DNA of 63,624 nt, filler included, from Actinomycetota bacterium (GTDB taxonomy: Bacteria; Actinomycetota; Acidimicrobiia; IMCC26256; VFJJ01): NCBI GenBank assembly GCA_009886115.1. It is 4 parts of 4 records of this genome, joined end to end, with 100 filler letters (N's around TTAATTAATTAA, not from the genome) between each part and the next. Parts side by side here need not be neighbours in the genome. Positions count along the whole stretch, not along the records: positions 1 to 20,370 come from VFJJ01000090.1; positions 20,471 to 50,530 come from VFJJ01000200.1; 2 more parts are not named here. The stretch is one strand, 5' to 3'. The notes beneath the pieces are model-generated. The model searched no databases. It was not told where the DNA came from and was given only the letters and a program-made list of their open reading frames with translations. Shown here in pieces: positions 11,042 to 21,160 of this stretch (the first letter of the stretch is position 1; every line of letters starts with the position of its first letter). The translations under genes were made by a program, and so were the position numbers.

Positions 11042-13950
11042 GGAGCCTGCACCTCGACGACGACGATCTCGTCGCCCTCGAGCCCGGTGAGAATCTCGAT
11101 GAACGACCCCTCCTGCAACCCGGTGGTCACGGGCACCCGCCGGAATTCGGCCGCGCCCAGATCGATGACCCGAACCTCGTCGGCCCCGCTGGCGTCCTGG
11201 CCCACGGCCGCGATCGGGACGACGATGGCGTCGACGCGCTCGGCGAGGACCACCTCCAGACGCACTGCAGCCCCGTCGACCGAGCCCAGGGCCTCCTCGA
11301 TCTCGACGGTACCGCCGTACTGCTCGGCCTGGGTGGTGGGGTCGAGCTGGGCTTCGGTGTCGAGTTCGGTGATGACCCCGGTGGTGAACTGGCCCGTGGC
11401 CGAGATCTCCACGTCGACCGTCTGGCCGACGAGCAGCTCGGAGCGATCGGAGGGGTTGGCCTTCAACGTGATCGTGAACTCGTCGGCGATGATCGTGAAC
11501 AGCGGCGCGCCAGGCGCAATGACCTGACCCTCGTCGACGAGCACCGTCCCGACGCGAGCCGGCCACTGCCCCACGACCATGTCGGTCGGCAGGAACACCA
11601 CGTCGTCGTCGAAGGCCCGCAACGAGACCGCGGCCGAGGTCTGCCCCGCCCGGAGGACGACCGTCCCCGACAAGGGCTCGAAGTCCTGACCGGGCGTCGC
11701 GGTGCCCAACGCCTGGTAGTTGACCGACGTGTCGTCGACGGGCGCCTGGTCGGCCACGATCGACACCGTCGTCGTGGCTCCTTCAGCCAGGCTCACCCCG
11801 CCCACAAGGGTGATCTCGGGCAGGTCCTCGGAGTCGACGGTGGTTCGGGCCGAGCTGGCCGACGAGATCCGGTACGCGGGCGACGGTTCGAGGGTCACCT
11901 CGATCGTCTCGTCCCGCTCGACGCGGTCGTCCTGGCGGACGGTCACGATCACCTGCACCTGGCGCGCGCCCGGCGCCATGGTGACGGGACCGGCCGGGAG
12001 GTCGGCGTCGCTCCCGGCGGACGCGGAGCCCCCGAGGCTGAGCACGACGTCGAAATCGTCATCGAGTGCCCGATCGGCCTCCACCACGAAGGTGACGGGC
12101 TGACCCTCGATCGACGACTGCGCCGTGGTCCTGATCGACAGCACCGGTGTGGCCGTGTCAGCCGTGGACGCTTCGACGGTCACCGTCTGGCTGGTGGTCG
12201 TGCCCAGCCGGAAGCCGGCGCCCGGGGCCAGGGCGACGACGATCGTCTCGGCCCGCTCGACGAGCTCGTCGGTCAGGGTCGAGACGTCGAAGCTCACGCT
12301 GGTCTGACCAGCCGGGAGCACCACGGTGGCGGGGAGCGGGTCGTAGTCGGCGCGGACGGTCGCCGATCCGCCCGGCGTGAGCGCGATCTGGAGGTCGTCG
12401 TCGCTGCGGGCGTCAGCGGTCACCGTGAGCCGGGCGCCCGTCCCCTCGACGACCGACCGGCCACCGGTGAGCGTGAGCGTGGGCAGGTCGTCGTCGACGA
12501 GCCGCATCGATGCCCGATCGGGCGAGCCCACCTGGTAGCCGGTCCCAGGCAACACCAGGAGCTCCACGGTCTCGTCGAGCTCCACGAGATCGTCCTGACG
12601 CAACGCCACGGGCACGGTCACCGAGGTCGCGGTGTCACGCAGGGTCACGGCGCCGATGGGGACGATGTAGTCGACGCCCTGGCTGGCCGTGCCGACGAAC
12701 GCGATGTTCACCGAGACGTCGCCGACCGGGTCGGTCGAGGCCGAGATCGTGAACGAGGGCGGGGCGACGCCGGCCTCGCTGGCGACAGCGGTCTCGGCCC
12801 GGGCGGTCAGCACCGGATCGCCCGCCTGGGCGGCGATCGTGACCTGGGTGGCGTTGCGGGCGCCGATCGAATAGCCGGCGCCCGCGGCGAGGCTCACGAG
12901 GACGGTCTCGGCCGGCTCGATCACGGTGTCGGTGCGGGTCGTGACCACGACATCGACGGCGGTGACGCCCGCCGGCACCAGAACCGATGCCGGGAGGGCA
13001 TCGAAATCGGATGACGGGGTCGCGGTGCCCCCGGTGGCGATGGCCACGGCGAGATCGGCGGCCGGGGCCGGGCTGAGCGACAGCGACACCGCGAGCGCTG
13101 CGCCCTCGGTGACCGTGGCGGGGCTCGTGACGATCTCGACGACCGGATCGGTCGCAGCCACCTGGAACGCCAGGCTCGGGCTGCTCCCGCCGACCGGGGC
13201 CGCGCCACCTGGGACCGGGGCGCCTGGGACCGGGGCGCCGGAAGCGCCGGAGGCGCCGGTACCAGAGCCGGCATCCGACGCGATGACGCTGCGCATCCCG
13301 TGGAACCTCGGTGGCAGTGAAGGTGCCACAGGCGCGCCCGAGGCCACTGAGCCCGGGCCGATCGTGACCGCAGCAGTGCTCAACGGCCCGACGGTGTACC
13401 CCGTCCCGGGGCTGAGGGCGAGCGTGATCGTCTCGGGCTGCTCGGCGCCAGCGCTGGGATAGCCGTGCTCGGCCTGCCATCCGGCCAGGGCGCTGCGGGT
13501 CTCCTCGGTGTAGGTCTCGTCGACCGGCCCCGGCAGATACCCGTCGCCGCTGAGGATCTGCTCGAGGCGGAGAACATCGGGACCCTCCGAGCCCACATCG
13601 AGCTGGCGGAAGAACGGCAGCTCGCCCGGGACGGCCACCGCGGCCCGACCGGCGACGGTGAGGATGGTGTCTCCGATGTCGACGGTGGCGCCGTCCTCGA
13701 CCGGCGGAGCGCTCACCCGTCCCTCGGCGGCCGCATTCACGGTCCGCTGCTCGCTGCGTTCGAGCACCCCCGACAAGGTCACGGTGTCACGCAGCGTCTG
13801 GCGCTCGGCTTGAGCGGTCAACAGGAGCTGACGCCCGGTCTCTTCGTCGTCGGCTCCGGCCACCTGCCATGTGACGACGCTGGCCACCAGCACGACCACG
13901 ACCGCTCCGGCGGCCTTCTTCAACCACGACGATCTGCGTGCCCCGGCCAT
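11038..13950 (-). CDS. Membrane-fusion (MacA-like) adaptor with a peptidoglycan-binding domain and a Calx-beta repeat array
   Basis: N-terminal TM; lipoyl-like halves (GRVSAPPVEDGATVDIGDTIL; ARVGTVLVDEGQVIAPGAPLF); PG-binding segment (LDVGSEGPDVLRLEQIL...TRSALAGWQ); repeated EG...ATxxxDY/F...DDxVExxET units; C-terminal IVVPIAAV...VTTGL. Confidence 0.85.
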
Positions 13951-13963
13951 CAGCCCTCAGCCC

Positions 13964-14764
13964 TCAGCCGTCAGCCAGCTGACGGGTCGACTCGTCGGCA
14001 CACTCGTTGAGGTCGCCGCTGTCGAGCAGCGACTCGCCCGGCGGCGCAACGATGCCCGTATTGCCGCCTCCGCCGAAGCTGAACAACCGGCCCTGCTCGT
14101 CGGGAACGGGCTCGGGGATGCCCCAACCCCGCTCGATCATGCAGTCGCGCCAGATGAGGTAGCCCTCGTTGCGCTCCTCGATCTCGTCGGGCGTGAGACT
14201 GTCGTTCTCGGCCTGGGCATCGCTCAACGCCTGGACGATGTTGGAGCGGGCCGCGCACGTCCCCAGGCCCTCAAGGTACAGGGGATCCTGGGTGGCCGGG
14301 TTGTCGGGGCTGGGCGCCCCGATGAACTCGATCCCCTCATCGTCGAGGCAGGCGTTGAACCGGCCCACGGCTTTGAGGAGACGGCTCGCGGCCGGTTCCT
14401 CGCTCTCGTTGACCGGGATGGTCTCCTCGGTCTCGGGTGCTGTCGTCGTGGTCGCCGCCGCGGCGCCCGGGCCCCGGGATGGCGACGTGGTGGCCGAGGC
14501 GACCGAGCCCGTGGTCGCCGTGGTCGTCGGCGTCGGCACCGCATCGCCCGCCGCGCCATCGCCCTCGGCGGCGTCGCTCGGGAGCTCGAAGCCATCGGGG
14601 AGCTGGATGTCGACCTCGCCGGCCCGGACGATGATCGGTCCTGCCGCCGACTCCGCATCGTCACCACAGCCCGCCATGACGAGCGCCAGCGCCAGCGCCA
14701 GCGCCATCCCCAGGCCCGGCGTGGCGCTCGTGAAGGAACAGCTCGACGGCGGCGCGCTCGTCAT
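13964..14764 (-). CDS. Putative lipoprotein, first gene of the ABC operon; true start may be near 14707
   Basis: Lipobox-like MAGC after a hydrophobic stretch, Thr/Ala-rich linker, two FNACL/WRDCM...C repeats. Confidence 0.75.
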   Translation of the reverse strand: MTSAPPSSCSFTSATPGLGMALALALALVMAGCGDDAESAAGPIIVRAGEVDIQLPDGFELPSDAAEGDGAAGDAVPTPTTTATTGSVASATTSPSRGPGAAAATTTTAPETEETIPVNESEEPAASRLLKAVGRFNACLDDEGIEFIGAPSPDNPATQDPLYLEGLGTCAARSNIVQALSDAQAENDSLTPDEIEERNEGYLIWRDCMIERGWGIPEPVPDEQGRLFSFGGGGNTGIVAPPGESLLDSGDLNECADESTRQLADG

Positions 14765-14871
14765 GTCGGTGCTCCTGGGCTCGCGAGGCGCACATGATGG
14801 TCCGGCAGGCGCTCACCGGGCCAAGCGGACACCCTCGGAGCTCTGTTCAGCGCCGGTCACCGGCACACAGC

Positions 14872-15279
14872 TCACTCAGCGATCACCTTGGTGGCGTCGG
14901 GGTTGTGGTACTCGCGCCACGCGCAGATCTGGCCGTCACGGAAACGGAAGATCCCCACGTACTGGTTGCGATACGGCTTGCCGTTGCGGGCCACCACGGC
15001 GTCACTGCGGTACTCGGCGATCACCACGTCGGGGTCGTCGGTGGCGTAGATCGCCGTGGGCTCGTTCTTGAACGAGGTGAACATCTTGAACGTGGCTCGC
15101 TGCATGGTGTCCCAGGTGTCGCGGCCCTCGAAGGCGTTGGGGATCGGTGCCGAGGCGTAGGGCAGCTCGAAGTGCAGGTCGTGTGTGACGTGTTGGGCGA
15201 GCTCGTCGTACTCGCTGGCGCTGATGTGGGCCAGGACCTTCCGGACGACGTCGGCGTTCGAGCTGCTCTGACCGGTCAT
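14872..15279 (-). CDS. SnoaL-like/NTF2-family protein (PhzA/B-like)
   Basis: FELPYA...DPDVVIAEY...YRNQYVGIFRFRDGQICAWREYHNP. Confidence 0.88.
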   Translation of the reverse strand: MTGQSSSNADVVRKVLAHISASEYDELAQHVTHDLHFELPYASAPIPNAFEGRDTWDTMQRATFKMFTSFKNEPTAIYATDDPDVVIAEYRSDAVVARNGKPYRNQYVGIFRFRDGQICAWREYHNPDATKVIAE

Positions 15280-15305
15280 CGGTGCACTCCTTGGGCGCTC
15301 ATCGT

Positions 15306-16244
15306 TCAACCCCGGGCAATGTCGGCGACGACGCGGAGGCACTCGTCGCGGTTCGATCCCATCGGCGACACGACCACCTCGTCGGCCCCCGCATCGAAGT
15401 AACGCTGGAGCTTTGCAGCCAAGGTCGACTCGTCGCCATAGGGCAGGCTGGCCTCGATCATGGCGTCCGACCATCCGCCCGCCGTGCCCCGTTCGCCGAG
15501 CTCGATCCCGGCGGCCGTCCACAGGGATCGATAGAACGGCATCATCGGGTAGATCGCCAATTCCTCGCCACAGATCGTGCGGACCGTCTCGATGTCGGTC
15601 GTGAGTGCGACGGGGACCTCGGCGATCACCGGCGGGGTCGGCCGTCCGGCCTCGGTGGCTCCGGCGATCACGTTGGGCACGATGGTCGAGGCGAGATAGT
15701 CGGCCGGGGGCAGCCAGGGCAGCACGCCGTCGGCGGAGGCGCCGGCGAGTCGGCACATCTGCGGCCGAAGGGCGCTCAGGAGCACCGGCGGCACGCCGCC
15801 GTCGGCCACGTCGAGCATCCCCCGAACCTTGTAGCGATCGCCGTCGTGAGCCACCGTGCCGTCGCGAAGCAAGGCCCGGACGATGCTCAGGTACTCGCGT
15901 AGGTGCGAGATCGGCCGGTCGAACTCGATGCCGAGCATCTGCATCACCGGTGTGTGCGACGGGCCGACACCGAGCCGGAAACGCCCACCGCACATGGCAT
16001 TGGCCGTCGCCGCCTGCTGGGCCATCACCTGGGGGTGACGAGGCCACGTCGGAACGACGGCGACCCCGAGGGAGATCGTCGAGGTCTGGGTGCCGGCATG
16101 GGCCAGCGCCATGATCGGGTCGATCCCGAAGGCGCTGCCCAGGAACATGCCGTGATACCCGAGCTCCTCGGCACGCTGGGCGAGCGTGACGACGTTTGCA
16201 GCCGATCGGGTCTCGGGGAACACCACCGACACCTTGTGCCCCAT
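15306..16244 (-). CDS. LLM-class (probably F420-dependent) oxidoreductase
   Basis: AQRAEELGY, LGVAVVPTWPRHP, GRFRLGVGPSH, SALRPQMCRLAGASADG. Confidence 0.9.
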   Translation of the reverse strand: MGHKVSVVFPETRSAANVVTLAQRAEELGYHGMFLGSAFGIDPIMALAHAGTQTSTISLGVAVVPTWPRHPQVMAQQAATANAMCGGRFRLGVGPSHTPVMQMLGIEFDRPISHLREYLSIVRALLRDGTVAHDGDRYKVRGMLDVADGGVPPVLLSALRPQMCRLAGASADGVLPWLPPADYLASTIVPNVIAGATEAGRPTPPVIAEVPVALTTDIETVRTICGEELAIYPMMPFYRSLWTAAGIELGERGTAGGWSDAMIEASLPYGDESTLAAKLQRYFDAGADEVVVSPMGSNRDECLRVVADIARG

Positions 16245-16330
16245 GGACTATCCCCCCGTCGCCTCACGTCGCCTCGAATGACCGCAGGACGATTGTAGAG
16301 CCGGAGGTCGGGCTCGCGCCCGGAGCACCC

Positions 16331-16681
16331 TCAGGCAGCCGAGCCGATCGACAGACGAGGACCGATCGCCGCGACCGCGACGTCGGCCGATTCGACGACG
16401 GTCACCGTCTCGTCGAGCCGATGCAAGCCGACGATCCGACCGACGGGCGTCTCGGCCGAGGCCACCACGATGACGTCGACGCCTCTCGCTCGGCAACGTG
16501 AGCAGAGCGTCTCGATGGTGCGAAGCGCCGCGCCGTCGATGAACTCGAGCAACGAGAGGTCGACGATGATCGACGTCCCGAGCCGGGCACGTACGAGCTC
16601 GACACTCATCCAGGAGATCGTGGCCCGCACGGTGGACTCGGCGATCACGGTCGGCCCGGGAGTCAACATCGGAGAGGTCAT
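16331..16681 (-). CDS. STAS-domain anti-sigma-factor antagonist
   Basis: IIVDLSLLEFIDGAALRTI motif; about 116 aa. Confidence 0.7.
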   Translation of the reverse strand: MTSPMLTPGPTVIAESTVRATISWMSVELVRARLGTSIIVDLSLLEFIDGAALRTIETLCSRCRARGVDVIVVASAETPVGRIVGLHRLDETVTVVESADVAVAAIGPRLSIGSAA

Positions 16682-16836
16682 GACACGTTTGTACGCCCCG
16701 AGAGCCACCGTCGGACGACCGGGAGGTCACGATCGCGCGAACACGGAGTGACCAGAAGCTGTCACACCCGCGACTACCGTCCGCTCGTGCCCATCGACCT
16801 GAGCGATCTCGCCGAAGCCCCAGGACGGGAAGCCTG

Positions 16837-18540
16837 ATGGGTTTCGACCTCGTCATCCGCAACGGCACGGTCGTCGACGGCTCGGGCCTCGGCTCGTACC
16901 GGGCCGACGTGGGTGTGGTGGGCGACCGCATCGCCTTCGTCGGCCGCATCCGCGAGAGAAGCGCGTCCGACCTCGACGCCGACGGGCTGGTTGTCACACC
17001 GGGCTTCATCGACGGCCACACGCATCTCGACGCCCAGGTGTTCTGGGACCCGTTGGGCGCCAACTCGTGCTGGCACGGCGTGACCACCGTCGTGATGGGC
17101 AACTGCGGCTTCACTCTGGCGCCTGTGCGTTCCGACGCCCGGGCCCTCGTCGTGCGCAACCTGGAACGCGCCGAGGACATCGACCCGGCCGCGCTGGCCG
17201 CGGGGATCGACTGGAGCTTCGAGACCTTCCCCGAGTACCTCGACGCCGTCGACGCGCTGCCCAAGGGCCTCAACTACGCGGCGAACGTCGGGCACTCGGC
17301 GTTGCGCACCTGGGCCATGGGGGAACGGGCTTTCGAGAGCGAGGCCAGCGACGACGAGCTCGCGCTCATGGCCCAGCACCTCGAGGCGTCACTCCGCGCC
17401 GGGGCCATCGGCTTCACCACCTCGCGCACCGAGCACCACGAGACCTCCGACGGGCGACCGGTCGCGTCGCGTGTCGCCTCCTGGGACGAGCTACGCCATC
17501 TCGTCGGGGTCATGGGCCGCCTGGGTGCCGGCATCCTCGAAGGGGGCGCCGAGGGGGCGATCTCGCCCGATCCCGACGTACGGGCGCACACCGGCGCGCT
17601 GGTGCGCGCCCTCGCTGTCGAGACCGGGGTCACCGTCACCACGGGTCTGGTGGCCACCGACCCGGCTGGAAACCAGATGCTCGACCTGATCGACTCCGTG
17701 GCCGCAGCCGGGGGGCGCATGTTCGCCCAGACCCACTGCCGGGGGATCTCGGTGCTGCTGTCGTTCAAGACCCGCCTCCCCTTCGACGTGCTGCCCGAAT
17801 GGGAGCTGATCAGGTCCTTGCCTGAACCCCAGCAACGCCAAGCATTCCGTGACCCCGCCGTGCGCGAGCGGCTGGCCCGGGCGGCCATGGCCGGCGACTA
17901 CACGCGTTGGCGGGGCATCGGAGCCATGCCCCGCACGCCCGACTACGAGGGCACCCTGGTGTACCAACGGGGCCTGCCGCCGAACCCGTCGGTGGCCGAC
18001 GTGGCCCGCCAACGCGGCTGCACCCCGGCCGAAGCCATGATCGACCTCGCCGTCGAGACCGACTTCGAGCAGCTCTTCATCCAGCCCAGCCTGTACCCGC
18101 AGGACCCCGCCGTCCTGCGCCGCGCGCTTCGTCATCCGAGAACCGTCATGACGTTCTCCGACTCGGGCGCCCATCTCAGCCAGATCTGCGACGCCTCGAT
18201 CCACACGTACCTGCTCGGGCACTGGGTTCGGCAGCTCGAGGAGCTGACCCTGGAGGATGCCGTCCGCGAGATCACGCTGGCCCCTGCGCTGGCTTGGGGT
18301 TTCTCCGATCGCGGCCTGGTGCGGGAGGGTCTCGTCGCCGACCTCAACGTCTTCGATCCGGTAACCGTCGGGCCACTCGTGCCCCGGGTCGTGCACGACC
18401 TCCCGGGAGGCGGCTCGCGGCTCGAGCAGCGGGCCGAGGGCCTCAAGGCCACCGTGGTGAACGGCCGCGTGACGATCGTCGACGGCGAGCCCACGGGCCA
18501 GCTCCCCGGCCGGCTGCTGCGCAAGCGCGTTCCCTGGTAG
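16837..18540 (+). CDS. N-acyl-D-amino-acid deacylase-family amidohydrolase
   Basis: DLVIRNGTVVDGSG, PGFIDGHTHLD, GVTTVVMGNCG, SDSGAH, ADLNVFDP. Confidence 0.92.
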   Translation: MGFDLVIRNGTVVDGSGLGSYRADVGVVGDRIAFVGRIRERSASDLDADGLVVTPGFIDGHTHLDAQVFWDPLGANSCWHGVTTVVMGNCGFTLAPVRSDARALVVRNLERAEDIDPAALAAGIDWSFETFPEYLDAVDALPKGLNYAANVGHSALRTWAMGERAFESEASDDELALMAQHLEASLRAGAIGFTTSRTEHHETSDGRPVASRVASWDELRHLVGVMGRLGAGILEGGAEGAISPDPDVRAHTGALVRALAVETGVTVTTGLVATDPAGNQMLDLIDSVAAAGGRMFAQTHCRGISVLLSFKTRLPFDVLPEWELIRSLPEPQQRQAFRDPAVRERLARAAMAGDYTRWRGIGAMPRTPDYEGTLVYQRGLPPNPSVADVARQRGCTPAEAMIDLAVETDFEQLFIQPSLYPQDPAVLRRALRHPRTVMTFSDSGAHLSQICDASIHTYLLGHWVRQLEELTLEDAVREITLAPALAWGFSDRGLVREGLVADLNVFDPVTVGPLVPRVVHDLPGGGSRLEQRAEGLKATVVNGRVTIVDGEPTGQLPGRLLRKRVPW

Positions 18541-18589
18541 GTCGACGGGGTACCGTCGTCGTTGCCCGACCCGACCCGAGAGTGACGAC

Positions 18590-20338
18590 GTGACCTCCAC
18601 CGAGCCATCATCCCCCCCGACCGGTCGCCACCCCGCCACCGCCACCAGCGCTGGCGCGGCGGGATCCGACTTCATTCGCGAGCTCGTTCGGGCCGACATC
18701 GAGCAGGGCACCTTCGGCGGACGGGTGTGCACCAGGTTCCCGCCCGAGCCCAACGGGTATCTGCACATCGGCCATGCCAAGGCGATCTGTCTCGACTTCG
18801 GCATCGCGCAGGAGTTCGGGGGCGTCTGCAACCTGCGCTTCGACGACACCAACCCCCTCACCGAGGACGAGGAGTTCGTCGACGGGATCATCGCCGACCT
18901 GGCCTGGCTGGGCTTCACCTCCGAGGGCCCGCCGCTCTACGCCTCCGACTACTTCGAGCAGCTCCACCAGTGGGCCGAGCACCTGATCGGTCAAGGCCTG
19001 GCGTACGTCGACGACCAGGACGGTGACGCCATCTCGGCCGGTCGCGGCGGGTTCGGACAGGCCGGAGTCGACAGCCCGTTCCGATCCCGGACGGTCGAGG
19101 AGAACCTCGAGCTGTTCCGGGGCATGCGCTCGGGCGCGTTCGCCGACGGCGCCCGTGTGCTCAGGGCCAAGATCGACATGCAGCACGAGAACATGCAGAT
19201 GCGCGACCCGGTCATGTACCGGATCCGGCGCAGCCACCACTTCCGTACCGGCGATGCCTGGGTGATCTATCCCACCTACGACTGGGCCCACGGCCAGAGC
19301 GACGCCATCGAAGGCGTGACCCACTCGCTGTGCACCCTGGAGTTCGACAGCCACCGCCAGCTCTACGACTGGTATCTGTCGCATGTGCCCGTTCCGGGCG
19401 ACGTCCCCCGTCAGACCGAGTTCGCCCGGCTCGAACTCACCCACACCGTCACGTCGAAGCGCAAGCTGGCCCAGCTCGTGGCCGATGGCGCCGTCGACGG
19501 CTGGGACGACCCCCGCCTCCCCACCCTGCGGGGCCTGCGCAAGCGAGGATATCCGGCGTCGGCCATTCGCGAGTTCTGCGCATTCATCGGGGCTGCCCGT
19601 ACGAACAGCAGGCACGCCATCGAGCTCCTCGAATCCTTCGTGCGCACCGAGCTCAACCGGACGGCGATCAGGCGCATGGCCGTGCTGCGACCGTTGCGCC
19701 TGGTCATCACGAACTGGCCCGACGATGCCGACGGCCGTCCCGTCGTCGAGCTGCGAGAGGCTGTCAACAACCCCGAGAACGACGCCGACGGCGTCCGCCA
19801 GGTTCCGTTCTCGCGGGTGCTCTACATCGAGCGAGACGACTTCATGGAGGACCCGCCGTCACAGTTCTTCCGGCTCAGCCCCGGGCGCGAGGTGCGCCTC
19901 CGTGCGGCGTACTTCGTCACGTGCACCGAGGTCGTGAAGGACGCCGACGGCGAGGTCGTGGAGGTCCGTTGCACCTACGACCCGGCCACGGCCGGCGGCA
20001 GCGCCCCCGACGGCCGCAAGGTGAAGGCCACGATGCACTGGGTCTCGGCCGACCATGCGCTCGACGCCACCGTTGCCCTGTACGACAGGCTCTTCAGCGC
20101 CGAGGTTCCGGGTGAGGCCACCGGCGATCCGCTCGACGATCTCAACCCGACCGCACGGGAGTTGCTCACCGGGTGCAAGCTGGAACCAGCGGCTGGCGAC
20201 ACCGCACCGGGGACGGTCGTGCAGTTCGAGCGGCTGGGGTACTTCGCTCGCGACATCGAGACCCCGACGCTCTGGCACCGCACCGTCGGCCTGCGCGACG
20301 AGTGGGCCAACATCCAAAAGCGCCTACCCAAGCGCTGA
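18590..20338 (+). CDS. glnS: Glutamine--tRNA ligase
   Basis: TRFPPEPNGYLHIGHAKAICLDFG, LRFDDTNP, YPTYDWAHGQSDAIEGVTHSLCTLEF, GWDDPRLPTL, RLSPGREVRLR, QFERLGYF. Confidence 0.96.
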   Translation: MTSTEPSSPPTGRHPATATSAGAAGSDFIRELVRADIEQGTFGGRVCTRFPPEPNGYLHIGHAKAICLDFGIAQEFGGVCNLRFDDTNPLTEDEEFVDGIIADLAWLGFTSEGPPLYASDYFEQLHQWAEHLIGQGLAYVDDQDGDAISAGRGGFGQAGVDSPFRSRTVEENLELFRGMRSGAFADGARVLRAKIDMQHENMQMRDPVMYRIRRSHHFRTGDAWVIYPTYDWAHGQSDAIEGVTHSLCTLEFDSHRQLYDWYLSHVPVPGDVPRQTEFARLELTHTVTSKRKLAQLVADGAVDGWDDPRLPTLRGLRKRGYPASAIREFCAFIGAARTNSRHAIELLESFVRTELNRTAIRRMAVLRPLRLVITNWPDDADGRPVVELREAVNNPENDADGVRQVPFSRVLYIERDDFMEDPPSQFFRLSPGREVRLRAAYFVTCTEVVKDADGEVVEVRCTYDPATAGGSAPDGRKVKATMHWVSADHALDATVALYDRLFSAEVPGEATGDPLDDLNPTARELLTGCKLEPAAGDTAPGTVVQFERLGYFARDIETPTLWHRTVGLRDEWANIQKRLPKR

Positions 20339-20370
20339 CCCCAAGCGCTGACCCCAAGCGCTGACCCCAA
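20327..20370. repeat. Tandem repeat (CCCAAGCGCTGAC) x about 3.4 at the contig end
   Basis: Read directly; spans the glnS stop and runs into the gap. Confidence 0.85.
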
Positions 20371-20470
20371 NNNNNNNNNNNNNNNNNNNNNNNNNNNNNN
20401 NNNNNNNNNNNNNNTTAATTAATTAANNNNNNNNNNNNNNNNNNNNNNNNNNNNNNNNNNNNNNNNNNNN
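20371..20470. other. Artificial contig spacer
   Basis: 100 nt of Ns with a central TTAATTAATTAA (stops in all six frames). Confidence 0.98.
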
Positions 20471-21160
20471 CGCGCGCTGTTCGGCTTCGTCTGGGCCCTG
20501 GCAACGCCGCTGGCTCGGTTGGCCATCTTCACCTTCGTCTTCACCCGGGTGATCCCGTTGGGGATCGACGACTATCCGGTGTACCTGTTCACCGGGATCG
20601 TGTTCTGGGGATGGTTCGCCGGGGCCGTGGCCTCGACGACCTCGTGCGCCGTCGATCGACGTGATCTGCTCTTGAGGCCGGGCGTCCCGCGAGCTGCGGT
20701 CCCTGTCGTGAGCGCCTTGACCGACGCCATCGACATGATCGCCGCGCTACCAGTCCTGTTCGTGTTCTTGATGTGGGGGCCGGGGTTGCGCGCGTCGGTC
20801 CTGCTGTTGCCCGTCCTCATGCTCATGCAGCTCCTGTTGATCCTCGGTCTGGGCTACGCGCTGTGCTCGCTCAACGTGTACCTGCGCGACGCCCGGCTCG
20901 TCGTCGACATCGTGCTCCTCCTCGGCGTGTACCTGACCCCCGTGTTCTTTCGTGCTGAAAGCTTCCCCGAGCGGTATCGGTTTCTCATTCAGGCCAACCC
21001 CATGGCTCGTCTGCTCATCGCCTATCGCGACGTGCTCGTGCAGGGCACGTTCCCGGCGCCTGGCCCGCTGCTCGTGCTCGGGCTGGCGTGCCTCGGCATC
21101 TGCGCCGGCGGCTACGCCATCTACGCCAAGGCCAGCCCGACGTTCGTGGACGAGCTGTGA
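20471..21160 (+). CDS. wzm: ABC-2 polysaccharide export permease (Wzm-like), 5' end lost at the gap
   Basis: FGFVWALATPL, YPVYLFTGIVFW, NVYLRD, YLTPVFF, ANPM. Confidence 0.88.
   Translation, partial: RALFGFVWALATPLARLAIFTFVFTRVIPLGIDDYPVYLFTGIVFWGWFAGAVASTTSCAVDRRDLLLRPGVPRAAVPVVSALTDAIDMIAALPVLFVFLMWGPGLRASVLLLPVLMLMQLLLILGLGYALCSLNVYLRDARLVVDIVLLLGVYLTPVFFRAESFPERYRFLIQANPMARLLIAYRDVLVQGTFPAPGPLLVLGLACLGICAGGYAIYAKASPTFVDEL

Noticed and set aside
20371..20470. TTAATTAATTAA palindrome inside N runs (also 50531-50630 and 61302-61401)
   Set aside because: Identical 100-nt spacers with stops in six frames; a contig-joining artefact
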